DNA of 64,000 nt from Myxococcota bacterium (GTDB taxonomy: Bacteria > Myxococcota_A > UBA9160 > UBA6930). This document shows, piece after piece, positions 1-9,465 of this stretch (the stretch's first letter is position 1; the number at the start of each line of letters is the position of its first letter). Made by a program: the position numbers and the translations under genes. Where the stretch lies: contig OZ245002.1 in assembly GCA_965223415.1 (NCBI GenBank), forward strand, positions 5,344,001 through 5,408,000, in the 5' to 3' direction. The notes below the pieces were generated by a model that did no database searches, was not told where the DNA came from, and saw only the letters and a program-made list of their open reading frames with translations.

Positions 1-509
1 AGTACCTGGCCCCGGGCCTGTTCGGGCCCTGCGGCTACGGATTCCCCGCGATCGTCGGCGCGAAGATCGGCTGCCCCGACGTCCCGGTCGTGGGCTTCGC
101 CGGCGACGGCGCCTTCGGCATCTCGATGAGCGAGATGAGCTCGATCGGCCGCGATGGCTGGCCCGCGATCACGATGATCATCTTCCGCAACTACCAATGG
201 GGCGCCGAGAAGCGCAACACCACCCTGTGGTTCGACGACAACTTCGTCGGCACCGAGCTGGACCGGAACGTCGACTACGCACGGGTCGCCGAGGGCTGCG
301 GGCTCGAGGGCGTGCAGGTCCGGACCCAGGCGGAGATGACCGAGGCGCTCCGCATCGCGTGCAAGGCCCAGTCGAACGGGGTCACGACCTTCATCGAGGT
401 GCTGCTGAACCAGGAGCTCGGCGAGCCCTTCCGGCGCGACGCGATGAAGAAGCCCACCGTCGTCGCGGGCATCGACCGCGCGGACATGCGGCCCCAGCGG
501 GGCCGATGA
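1..509 (+). CDS. xsc: Sulfoacetaldehyde acetyltransferase, C-terminal part (5'-partial)
   Basis: Frame open from position 3: YLAPGLFGPCGYGFPAIVGAKIGCP...GDGAFG (ThDP motif)...NYQWGAEKRNTTLWFDDNFVGTEL, characteristic of Xsc. Confidence 0.9.
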   Translation, partial: YLAPGLFGPCGYGFPAIVGAKIGCPDVPVVGFAGDGAFGISMSEMSSIGRDGWPAITMIIFRNYQWGAEKRNTTLWFDDNFVGTELDRNVDYARVAEGCGLEGVQVRTQAEMTEALRIACKAQSNGVTTFIEVLLNQELGEPFRRDAMKKPTVVAGIDRADMRPQRGR

Positions 510-561
510 AGAAAGCGCCCGAGGGGCGCTAGCCCCGGATCGGCTCGAAAGGGAGTCCGCC

Positions 562-1597
562 ATGCTCCTCCACGTCGTCCTCGTGATTGCAGGCATCGCG
601 GTCGCCTCTCTCGTGCTGATCGGCTTCGTTCTCGACCTGTCGGTCCCGGCCCAGCCCCTCGAGCCCGCCGAGACGGACGCGGATGCGGGGGAGCCCGAAC
701 CGAGAGACGAGGTGCGCTTCGAGGTCGGCGGAGCGGCGATCAGCGCGTGGCTCTTCTTGCCCGAGGAGGGGCCGGCTCCCCTCCCCTGCATCGTCATGGC
801 CCACGGCTTCGGCGGCACGAAGGACTGCGGCCTGGATCGCTATGCGGGCGGCTTCCGCGCTGCGGGCTTCGCCGTCCTCGCCTTCGACTACCGCCACTTC
901 GGCGCCAGCGAGGGCGAGCCGCGCCAGCTCTACTGGAACCCCCATCAGCTCGAGGACTGGGCCGCTGCGGTGGCCTACGCACAGAGCCTTCCGGAAGTCG
1001 ACGCGAGCCGGATCGCCCTGTGGGGCAGCTCCGCGTCCGGCGGCCACATCATCGTCACCGCTGCAGAGAACCCGGGGATCAAGTGCGTCAGCGCCCAGTG
1101 CCCGGGGTTGGACCCGCGATCGGACGGCCGGCGTCTGGTGTCGCGGCTCGGCGCGCGTCGCGCCGCCCGCCTGATCCTTCACGGCCAGCGCGACATGATC
1201 CGGTCGCGCTTCGGCCTCTCCGCCCACAGGATCCCGAATCGTCGGGCGCCCGGGGACGGTCGCGTTCTTCGATCTGCCGGATGCCTACCAGGGCTACTCG
1301 GCGCTCACGCCGAAGGGCTTCCGCAACGAGGTGTGCGCGCGAATCGTCCTACGGGGGAGCTTGTACCGGCCGATCGAACGGGCGAAGGACGTGCGCTGTC
1401 CGGTCCTCCTCCAGATCTGCGAGCGCGACGAGCTCGTCGCGCCCGAGACCGCCGAAGCGACCGCCCGGGAGCTCGGGGCCCGGGCGGAGGTCAGGCGATA
1501 CCCGATCGGGCACTTCGACGTCTACCACGGCGCCCACTTCGAGACGGCGGTGCGCGACCAGCTGGAGTTCTTCCGCAGGCATCTCTCCGACGGATGA
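562..1597 (+). pseudogene. Alpha/beta hydrolase, frameshifted near 1237
   Basis: HGFGG, FDYRHFGASEGEPRQ and GSSASGG nucleophile elbow. Removing one A at 1237-1238 joins the frame to ...RNEVCARIVLR...GHFDVY. Could be a sequencing error. Confidence 0.8.
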
Positions 1598-1630
1598 GGA
1601 GAGCCGTCTTCGGAGCGAAGCCTCGCTCCG

Positions 1631-2830
1631 TCAGATCGCCGCGAAGACCTCGGCCAGCCAGTCGAAGATCCGCTGCTGGGCGAGCCGCGGCGTGGCCACT
1701 TGGCAGTGGTCCTCGGCACCTTCCTCCCGCGTGAAGAGCATGAAGGTCCGCGGACTGGAGAGCGCTTCGTAGAGCTTCGCGGCCTCACCCTCGAAGGAGG
1801 CCTCCTCCTCGGTGTCGATCACGAGGGTCGGGCAGCGGATCCGCCCGGCGACGTCCGAGAGCTCGAAACGCAGAGCCTCGCGCATCCAATCCGAGGGGCG
1901 CTCCGCCTTGAAGACGAACATGCCGTGCGAAACGGCCCATCGCATCTCGGAGCTCTCCTCCATCATCTGCCTCATCCCGGCGTCGAACGCGTCGGGGGCG
2001 TTCTCGGCGAAGCTCCGAAACTGCTCCCGGGTCATCTGCGCTGGAACCCGGCTCCCCATGAAGTCGTAGACGCCTCCGTTCGCGATACAGGCGGCAAGGC
2101 GGTGCTCGAAGGCGGCCGCGCGAGGGGCGAGGTAGCCACCGAGGCTGACGCCCTCGAGGGCAATCCGGGCCGGGTCGACGTCACCCTGCGAGAGCGCGTG
2201 ATCGACGACGGGCGTGACCACGTGCTCCCAGTCGTGGCGAAAGGGGAGCCCCTGCTCACGGATCACCCGCCCTTGTCCCGGACCCTCGAAGGTGAGGCAG
2301 TTCCAGCCCCGCCGGTTCGCGGCCAGGGCCATGGGATGGAGCTCTTCGAGGGTCCCGTCGAAGCCGGTCTGGAGGAGCAGCGTCGGCCTCGTCGCCCGAC
2401 TCGGGTCGGGTCGGTAGAGGAGACCGGGGAGCGTGGTGCCTTCGTACGAGATCTCCAGGCGATCGACCGGCAGGTCGAGGAGATCGAGGGCGCGGTCGAA
2501 GCAGGCGATGCTTCGCCGCGACAGGTCGAGGATGCGCGGGTCCCCGGGATCGCCGTGGAGGTAGAACTCCGCCGCCCGGTAGTAGTTGCTTGCCCGCATC
2601 CACGCCTCGCGGGCGCTCACGTCGTGCCCGCGGGCACGGCTGCGATCGCCAATCGCCTCGACGCGCTCCGCCGTGGCGAGCCACTCCCGGTGCCAGCCGT
2701 CGAAGTCGCCGTCGGCGATGCGCTCGGCGGTGCGGAGGACCTCGCCGACCTCCGCCTGGCCCGCCTCGGCGCTGCCAAGCATCCGGAGGGTCTGAAACGA
2801 GAGCTGAGGGTCTTCGAACGCGATCTTCAT
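1631..2830 (-). CDS. Alpha/beta hydrolase (2,6-dihydroxypseudooxynicotine hydrolase-like family)
   Basis: Start MKIAFEDP at 2830; RASNYYRAAEF, GFDGTLEE, GVSLGG and EGAEDHCQ motifs. Confidence 0.85.
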   Translation of the reverse strand: MKIAFEDPQLSFQTLRMLGSAEAGQAEVGEVLRTAERIADGDFDGWHREWLATAERVEAIGDRSRARGHDVSAREAWMRASNYYRAAEFYLHGDPGDPRILDLSRRSIACFDRALDLLDLPVDRLEISYEGTTLPGLLYRPDPSRATRPTLLLQTGFDGTLEELHPMALAANRRGWNCLTFEGPGQGRVIREQGLPFRHDWEHVVTPVVDHALSQGDVDPARIALEGVSLGGYLAPRAAAFEHRLAACIANGGVYDFMGSRVPAQMTREQFRSFAENAPDAFDAGMRQMMEESSEMRWAVSHGMFVFKAERPSDWMREALRFELSDVAGRIRCPTLVIDTEEEASFEGEAAKLYEALSSPRTFMLFTREEGAEDHCQVATPRLAQQRIFDWLAEVFAAI

Positions 2831-2859
2831 GGCACTCCCCGTCGGGATCGCTGCCCGCT

Positions 2860-3477
2860 TCAGTCCCGTTGAAGCTCCGCGACCAGCTCGGGCCAGGCCT
2901 CGGGGCGCAGCGCACCGAACAGGAAGAGCCGCTTCAGCTCCCGGGCGAAACGCAGAGTCTCCTCCTCGGCCGCCTGCTCGTCCTGATTGCGCTGGGCCGC
3001 CATCAGGGACCAGACCAGGGCGGGGGTCATGCCGATCACGCCGAGCATCTCGGCGTCGATTCCATCCTGGCTCTTGCCGCTCTTGGCGAGGCGTTCGAGA
3101 GCGCCCACATAGTCCTCCCAGCCACCGGACATTCCGGCGCCCCGGCGTTGGAGCAGCCGGAACATCCAGATCCGGGCGATGTGGGGATGCTCGCGGAAGT
3201 AGTGGACGAAGAAGTCGATCTGCTCGCCGAAGGAGCGCGGCTCGCTCAGGATCCGGCGCAGCTCCGCCACGAACTCCCGGCTGACGGCGCGGACGAGGGC
3301 GTCCCGGGTGCGGAAGTGCTGGTAGGCCGTGCTGCGGTTGAGGCCCGCCCGCTTGGCCACGCCGACGACCGTCAGCGCCTCCATCCCGCCCTCGGCCACG
3401 ATCTGCCTCGCCGCCTCGAGCAAGGCCTCCCGGCTCGCCCGGGCATCGCTTCGAACGGGCTTCATGAAATCCATCAT
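2860..3477 (-). CDS. TetR/AcrR family regulator
   Basis: HTH LTVVGVAKRAGLNRSTAYQHF; start at 3477, 3474 or 3465 is uncertain. Confidence 0.9.
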   Translation of the reverse strand: MMDFMKPVRSDARASREALLEAARQIVAEGGMEALTVVGVAKRAGLNRSTAYQHFRTRDALVRAVSREFVAELRRILSEPRSFGEQIDFFVHYFREHPHIARIWMFRLLQRRGAGMSGGWEDYVGALERLAKSGKSQDGIDAEMLGVIGMTPALVWSLMAAQRNQDEQAAEEETLRFARELKRLFLFGALRPEAWPELVAELQRD

Positions 3478-3522
3478 ACCTGTTGTAATTCTTAAATCCA
3501 ACAGATATGATGGATTTCATGA
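3462..3522. promoter_or_regulatory. 61-bp inverted repeat between divergent tetR and enoyl-CoA hydratase, containing two CAWCA-N4-TGWTG boxes
   Basis: 24-bp arms at 3462-3485 and 3499-3522 with 1 mismatch, 13-bp AT-rich spacer. Confidence 0.8.
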
Positions 3523-4304
3523 TCGAGCTCCAGCGGCAGGACGGCGTCGCCACGATCACGTTGCGGCGGCCCGAATCCCGCAACTCCCTCACCCCGGCCC
3601 TGTTCCAGGAGCTCGAGGCCCGCTTCGACGAGGTGGCGGCCCACCCGGAGGATCGCGTCCTGGTGCTGACCGGCTCCGGAGACGCCTTCTGCTCGGGGGC
3701 GGACCTGAGCGGCTCCCCGGATGCCGCTGCGCGGCTGGCGGACGGCCCGGTCGGCAGGGCGGACTGGATCCGCACCACCACCGCGGCCGCTCTGGCCCTG
3801 CACCGGCTGCCGAAGCCCACGATCGCCGCGGTGAACGGGGTGGCCGCCGGCGGGGGATGCAATCTCGCGTTGGGCTGCGACCTGGTCTTCGCCGCCGCAT
3901 CGGCCCGCTTCGCCGAGATCTTCGTGAACCGGGGGCTGGCCCTCGACTACGCGGGCACCTGGCTGCTCCCGCGCCTCGTCGGGCTCCAGCGTGCGAAGGA
4001 CCTGGCCTTCCGCGGAGAGCTGGTGAGCGCGGACGAGGCTCTCGCCATGGGACTGGTGCTCGAGGTGGTGCCGGACGACGCCCTGGCCCGGCGGGTCGAC
4101 GAGTACGCGCGCACCCTCGCCGCCAAGCCCCCGATCGCCCTCTCGACGATCAAGCGCGGCCTGAACCGCGCCACGAGCTGGAGCTTCGAGGAGGCCCTCG
4201 CGTACGAGGTGGAGAGCCAGGCCACCTGCCTCGGCTCCCAGGACTTCCGCGAGGCGATGACCGCCTGGCTCCAGAAGCGAGATGGGGAGTACCAGGGCCG
4301 GTGA
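3507..4304 (+). CDS. Enoyl-CoA hydratase/isomerase family protein
   Basis: AFCSGADLS, KPTIAAVNGVAAGGGCNLALGCD, LPRLVG. Confidence 0.92.
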   Translation: MMDFMIELQRQDGVATITLRRPESRNSLTPALFQELEARFDEVAAHPEDRVLVLTGSGDAFCSGADLSGSPDAAARLADGPVGRADWIRTTTAAALALHRLPKPTIAAVNGVAAGGGCNLALGCDLVFAAASARFAEIFVNRGLALDYAGTWLLPRLVGLQRAKDLAFRGELVSADEALAMGLVLEVVPDDALARRVDEYARTLAAKPPIALSTIKRGLNRATSWSFEEALAYEVESQATCLGSQDFREAMTAWLQKRDGEYQGR

Positions 4305-4863
4305 CGCTGCCCAAGACCAGCCTGGCGATGGTGCAGACCGCGCCGCGAACCCTCGAGCCCATGGACCTTCCGCTGCCCGAGATCGCCGACGACTCGGGCC
4401 TGGTGCGCATCGAGGCCTGCGGCATCTGCGGAAGCGACTACGAGCAGTACGAAGGCGTGCTGCGCACGCCGATGCCGGTGGTGCCCGGCCACGAGCCGCT
4501 GGGCGTGGTGGCGGCGATCGGCGATCGCGCGGCCCGGCGCTGGGGGGTGGACGTGGGCGACCGGATCGCAGTCGAGACCATGCTCTCGGTAGGAGCCCCA
4601 GAGCCCGGGATCGTCCGAAAGCGGGATGTAGGAGTAGATGCGGCGCGGTCGTGATGAAGGAAGTCGCGATCAAGGGCGCCATCGGCGTCACCAGCAGCGG
4701 TTACGCCAACGCGATCCGCCTGCTCGAGTCGCGCCGCTACGACGTGGAGCGTATGCACACCCACGACTTCGACCTGCGGGAGGCCGAGCTGGCCATCCGC
4801 ACCCTCGCCCGGGAGATCCCGGGCGACGAGTCCATCCACTCCTGCCTGATTCCCGAAGAGTGA
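4301..4863 (+). pseudogene. Zn-dependent alcohol dehydrogenase, internally deleted with an inverted internal fragment
   Basis: N-terminal CGICGSD and GHE motifs up to ETMLS (4588); C-terminal VMKEVAIKGAIGV...HTHDFDL in another frame; structural-Zn and NAD-binding regions missing. Confidence 0.85.
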
Positions 4864-4876
4864 GGAACCGAGATCC

Positions 4877-5722
4877 ATGGAAGAGATCCGTCGCTGGGTC
4901 GAAGAATCGCCTTACAGCCGATTCCTGGGCGTCCAGCTCGAGCACGTCGACGAGAAGAGCGCGCGCCTCGTCCTTCCCTACCAGGACGAGAACTCGAACC
5001 CGGGCAAAGCCCTGCATGGTGGCTGCGCCGCATCGATCGGCGCCATCGGAGGCCAGGCCGTCGCCCGCGCCGCCCTCGGCGCCGAATCCGGCCTCTGGCA
5101 CACGGCCCAGATGCAGGTGAGCTACCTGGCGGCGGCGATCGGCGAAGACGTGATCGCCGATGCGGAGCTCCTGCGTCGCGGAAAGGAGCTCTGCTTCGTC
5201 GCGATCGCCGTGCACACGGGCGACGGCAAGCCGATCGCGCGCATCAACACCACCGTGCGGGGCCGGATGGGCGCCGATCCCGTGGAGACCGTCAAGTCCG
5301 CAGGCGACCACGGCGAGGCCGATCCGGGCCCCATGGGCCCGCACATCGGCCGGGTGCCCTTCATCGGGCACCGGGGCATCGCCGTCGAGCACATGACGGG
5401 CGGCACCTCGCGATTGATCATGCCCGCCAGCGAGGCCAACGCCGACCTCGGCGGAGGCGTTCACGAGGGAGCCGTGCTGGCGCTCCTCGACACGACCGGC
5501 GCCATGGCCTCCTGGGCCGAGAGCGGCCCGGGGCCCTACAAGGCCTCGACCACCTCCATGCAGCTCCAGAACCTGGCACCGGCAGCGGACGGGGATCTGG
5601 TCGCCTACGGCCGCTGCGTGCAGCGCGACAACGAGATCTTCTGGTCCGACGTCGAGGTGGCGGACGCCGCCCGCGGCCGCCTCACGGCCCGCGGCACGGT
5701 GCTGTACCGGATCCTCACCTGA
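4877..5722 (+). CDS. PaaI family thioesterase (tandem hot-dog domains)
   Basis: NPGKALHGGCAASI and NADLGGGVHEGAVLALLDT repeats. Confidence 0.85.
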   Translation: MEEIRRWVEESPYSRFLGVQLEHVDEKSARLVLPYQDENSNPGKALHGGCAASIGAIGGQAVARAALGAESGLWHTAQMQVSYLAAAIGEDVIADAELLRRGKELCFVAIAVHTGDGKPIARINTTVRGRMGADPVETVKSAGDHGEADPGPMGPHIGRVPFIGHRGIAVEHMTGGTSRLIMPASEANADLGGGVHEGAVLALLDTTGAMASWAESGPGPYKASTTSMQLQNLAPAADGDLVAYGRCVQRDNEIFWSDVEVADAARGRLTARGTVLYRILT

Positions 5723-5747
5723 GCGCCCTCCCCCGCTGGAGCCCCCA

Positions 5748-6539
5748 ATGCCCCCGCCCCGGGAGACCCACGACCGCACCACCCAACGCATCGACGTCGG
5801 CGGGCACGAGCTGCGTGCCGTGGTCTCCGGCGAGGGCACCCTGGACCTCCTGTGCCTGCACGGCCTGGTCGACCGGGTCGAGATCTGGGATCGGGTCGCA
5901 GCGCCCCTCGCGGAGCGCGGCCGCCTCGTGCTCCTCGACCAGCGCGGGCACGGCGAGTCCGACGCGCCCCCTGGCCCCTACCGTCGCGAAGACCTGGCCT
6001 CGGACGTCTCGGCCGTGATCCGCGCGCTCGGCTCGCGGCCCACCGTGCTCATCGGGCACTCGATGGGCGGCATCGTCTCGATGGCCGCCGCTCTCGCCTT
6101 CCCGGAGCGGATCGCCGGGCTCGTGCTGATCGGAACCGCGAGCCAGTGCAACGAGAAGACCGCGGGCTGGTACGAGCGCATTGCCCAGGCGGGCGAAGCC
6201 GACGGGATCCCGGGGCTGAAGAGGGCGATCTACGGGGAAGAGAGCAAGAAGGAGATCCACGGCGACGCGCGGGGCATCGCCGAGGTCACGCGGACCCTGA
6301 AGAGCCTCTACGAGGACCCCCTCACGCCGAAGCTCCCGAAGATCGACTGCCCGGTGCTGCTGATCGTCGGCGACAAGGACCCGATGGGCGCCAAGGCGTC
6401 CTCGATCATCGCGTCCCAGTTCCCACGGGCGGAGCTCGTGACGGTTCCCGACTGCGGCCACTGGGTGCACCTGAGCGAGCCGGACTTCGTGATCGACGCC
6501 GTCGACCGATTCCTCCCCCGCCTGAAGGAGACGACATGA
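5748..6539 (+). CDS. Alpha/beta hydrolase
   Basis: LHG, DQRGHGES, GHSMGG, CGHW. Confidence 0.9.
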   Translation: MPPPRETHDRTTQRIDVGGHELRAVVSGEGTLDLLCLHGLVDRVEIWDRVAAPLAERGRLVLLDQRGHGESDAPPGPYRREDLASDVSAVIRALGSRPTVLIGHSMGGIVSMAAALAFPERIAGLVLIGTASQCNEKTAGWYERIAQAGEADGIPGLKRAIYGEESKKEIHGDARGIAEVTRTLKSLYEDPLTPKLPKIDCPVLLIVGDKDPMGAKASSIIASQFPRAELVTVPDCGHWVHLSEPDFVIDAVDRFLPRLKETT

Positions 6540-7111
6540 GCGAGCCGAGAATCCCCCTGCTTCCTGTCGAGGAAGCCAAGAAGGCGGCCGCCGAGCAGGG
6601 CGTGCCGGAACAGATCGCCGAGCTCAACATCTTCCGGATCCTCCTGCGCCAGCCGAAGCTGGCCAGGAACGTCAACAACCTGCTGATGGGCCTGCTCTTC
6701 GGCGGCGATCTCGACGCACGGCTGCGGGAGCTCGTCATCATGCGCATCGGCTGGGCCACCGGCTCGGTCTACGAGTGGACCCAGCACTGGCGAATCGCAC
6801 TCCAGCTGGGCGTGGAGGAGGCCGACCTCATGGCCGTGCGCGACTGGAAGGCGCACAGCCATTGGTCCGATGCGGACCGCGCGATCCTCCAGGCGACGGA
6901 CGAGACCCTCGAAGCCGGCTGCGTCTCCGCCGCAACCTGGGCCGAGTGCGCGAAGCATCTGCCGAGCGAGACCGAGCAGCTGGAGCTGCTCGGCGCCATC
7001 GGCACCTGGCGGATGATCTCGCAGGTCCTGCGCAGCCTGGAGGTGCCCCTGGAGGAAGGGGTGGCTCCGTGGCCGCCGGACGGTGCGGAGGGAGGCCCTG
7101 GCCAGGGCTAG
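6536..7111 (+). CDS. Carboxymuconolactone decarboxylase (AhpD-like) family protein
   Basis: LDARLRELVIMRIGWATGSVYEWTQH; AAGGAG RBS; ATGA overlap with upstream gene. Confidence 0.85.
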   Translation: MSEPRIPLLPVEEAKKAAAEQGVPEQIAELNIFRILLRQPKLARNVNNLLMGLLFGGDLDARLRELVIMRIGWATGSVYEWTQHWRIALQLGVEEADLMAVRDWKAHSHWSDADRAILQATDETLEAGCVSAATWAECAKHLPSETEQLELLGAIGTWRMISQVLRSLEVPLEEGVAPWPPDGAEGGPGQG

Positions 7112-7164
7112 CATCCCGATCCGGGACGGTCTGCAGCCGACACGCTCGAAGGAAGGAGACACCG

Positions 7165-8196
7165 ATGGAATTCGATCTGATGACGGGTGGCCTCACCTGG
7201 AAGGAGAGCGCCGAGCTCGCCGTCGACCTCGAGTCGGTCGGCTTCTCCGGCATGCTCTTCACCGAGGCGGGCAACGTGCCCTGGATGATGATCCAGGCGG
7301 CGGCCATGGCGGCGCCGACGTTGACCTTCACCACCGGCATCGCGGTCGCGTTCCCGCGCAGCCCGATGATCTCGGCCCAGGTGGCCTGGGAGATGGCGCG
7401 CAACACCGAGGGGCGATTCCGTCTCGGGCTCGGCAGCCAGGTGCGCGGGCACGTCGAGCGCCGCTACGGGGCGGTCTTCGACAAGCCCGCACCGCACATG
7501 CGCGACTACGTCGGCGCCTTCAAGGCCTGCATCCGAGCGTTCCGTGGCGAGGAGAAGCTCGCCCACGAGGGCCCCTACTACTCGCTGAGCCTGCTGCCCC
7601 CCCAGTGGGCGCCGCCGCGCCACGATTTCGAGGACGTGAAGATCGACATCTCCGCGGTCGGGCCGCTCATGTGCCGCGTGGCGGGAGAGCTCTGCGACGG
7701 CGTCCACGTCCACCCGATGCACTCGCTTCCCTACTTGCAGAAGCGTCTGCTCCCGGCCGTGGCCGAAGGCGCGGCTCGGGCCGGTCGTGACCCGGCCGAG
7801 ATCGACCTGATCATTCCCGTCTTCGCGATCCCCGGCGACACACCGGAGGAGCGAGAGCGGGCCACCCAGGTCGCGCGGACCCAGATCGCCTTCTACGGCT
7901 CGACCCGGAACTACGCCTTCCAGTTCGACGATCTGGGCTTCGAAGGGACCACGGAGAAGCTCGGGCGGCTGATGAAGGCCGGCGACATCGCGGGCATGGG
8001 GAACGAGATCAGCGACGAGATGCTCCCGCACTTCACGGTCGCGGCGCGATGGGACGACATGGCCGACGCGTTGCGCGACCGCTACGCCGGGATGGCCACG
8101 CGGATCGTCTCCTACCTCGCCATGGACGACGTGAAGCGCAACCCGAAGAACCTGCCTCGGTGGGGAGAGATCTCGAGAGCCCTCCGCGGCGTCTGA
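7165..8196 (+). CDS. LLM class, probably F420-dependent, oxidoreductase
   Basis: IAVAFPRSP, GRFRLGLGSQVRGHVERRYG, QIAFYGST; AAGGAG RBS. Confidence 0.88.
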   Translation: MEFDLMTGGLTWKESAELAVDLESVGFSGMLFTEAGNVPWMMIQAAAMAAPTLTFTTGIAVAFPRSPMISAQVAWEMARNTEGRFRLGLGSQVRGHVERRYGAVFDKPAPHMRDYVGAFKACIRAFRGEEKLAHEGPYYSLSLLPPQWAPPRHDFEDVKIDISAVGPLMCRVAGELCDGVHVHPMHSLPYLQKRLLPAVAEGAARAGRDPAEIDLIIPVFAIPGDTPEERERATQVARTQIAFYGSTRNYAFQFDDLGFEGTTEKLGRLMKAGDIAGMGNEISDEMLPHFTVAARWDDMADALRDRYAGMATRIVSYLAMDDVKRNPKNLPRWGEISRALRGV

Positions 8197-8277
8197 GGGA
8201 GGCGCCCGACCCGACGCCGGTAGCCGTGCAGGAGCGCCCGCGCCGCTATCCTGGCGCCATCACGAACGGGAGAGACC

Positions 8278-8712
8278 ATGAACCTCCGGATGACGCGAGC
8301 CGAGCGCGAAGCGTTCCTGGGTGACGTGCACGTGGGCGTGATCTCGATCGCCGAGCCCGGCCGCGGCCCCCTCTCCGCGCCCATCTGGTACGACTACCGC
8401 CCCGATCGGGGCCTGTGGATCGTCACCGAGCCGGGCTCTCGCAAGGGCAAGGCGCTGGAGGCCGCCGGCCGCTTCAGCCTGGTCGCCCAGAGCGAGGACA
8501 TGCCCTACCGCTACGTGAGCGTCGAGGGTCCGATCGTCGAAGCGCGTCCCGCCGATCGTGAGGCCGAGACGCGACCGATGGCGCACCGCTACTTCGGTAC
8601 CGAGATGGGCAACGCCTACGTCGACTCCCAGCCCGGCCACGAGAACTTCCTCTACGTGATGCAGCCGGAGCGCTGGCTGACGGTGGACTACGGCAAGCTC
8701 ACCGGGGACTAG
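8278..8712 (+). CDS. Pyridoxamine 5'-phosphate oxidase-like (PPOX class) protein
   Basis: MTRAEREAFL...PIWY...SRK...PYRYVSVEG...WLTVDYGK. Confidence 0.85.
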   Translation: MNLRMTRAEREAFLGDVHVGVISIAEPGRGPLSAPIWYDYRPDRGLWIVTEPGSRKGKALEAAGRFSLVAQSEDMPYRYVSVEGPIVEARPADREAETRPMAHRYFGTEMGNAYVDSQPGHENFLYVMQPERWLTVDYGKLTGD

Positions 8713-8757
8713 GCGCCCACGGGACCCTGACGACCCGGCCTTCCGGGCGCCCGACGC

Positions 8758-9348
8758 CTAGCGCGAAGACGCCGTGAGCGGGCCCTGGAAGCTGTCGCCG
8801 TTGGCGAAGAAGAAGACGGTCGTCGGCGTGGGGAGCGGGACCACCCAGTCCGCGGCCAGCTTCACGCCCTCGAGCTTCCAACCGTCGGGCACGGCCAGCG
8901 AGGCCTTGCCTTGCCCGCCCTCGATCACGTGGACGAAGCGCTCCCCGTCCGGGAGCCGCAGCACCGGCACCTCGCGCCCGGCCCGGTAGCGGACGACGTG
9001 GTGCTTCTGGACCTGCAGCTGACGGGGACCGTCGGGGCCGGTGGGATGGGTCGCTCCGCTCGCGGGGCGTGCGCACAGGCCGAAACGGCGCCCGCCGATC
9101 TCCCGCAGCGCCATGTGCCCGTCCTCGTCCCGGCCCGGCGAACGGGTGAACCAGTGCTCGTCCATGGCGGCGCGACCGATGCCGACGCGCAGCCAGCCCG
9201 GTTCGAGGGGCAGCGCCGCGTAGTCCTCCGGAGTGATCGCCTCGAGCGACTGCCAGACGTCCCCGGTGCGCGGATCGAGCACCTCACCGTGCGGCTCGTG
9301 GACGTCGGTGAGGGGCGTGGCCCGGGCGGGCCGAATGGACGCGGGCAT
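8758..9348 (-). CDS. Hypothetical protein
   Basis: GGAGG RBS before MPASIRPA; protein-like composition and GC3 bias; fills the gap between genes. Confidence 0.6.
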   Translation of the reverse strand: MPASIRPARATPLTDVHEPHGEVLDPRTGDVWQSLEAITPEDYAALPLEPGWLRVGIGRAAMDEHWFTRSPGRDEDGHMALREIGGRRFGLCARPASGATHPTGPDGPRQLQVQKHHVVRYRAGREVPVLRLPDGERFVHVIEGGQGKASLAVPDGWKLEGVKLAADWVVPLPTPTTVFFFANGDSFQGPLTASSR

Positions 9349-9465
9349 CGCGCCTCCGTTCCTGCGGTCGGCACTCCAGCCTCGCGGCTGACGGGCGGCC
9401 ATTTTTGGCATAGTATATGCCGATACCAGCGCCCTCGCCAGGGGCCTGCACCGAAGGAGCCCCCC

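Noticed and set aside
1631..3862. 743-aa ORF suggesting a long hydrolase fusion; similar extensions at 11276-13498, 23743-26967 and 41385-43595
   Set aside because: The N-terminal extensions are off-frame reads through neighbouring genes; the real starts are internal.
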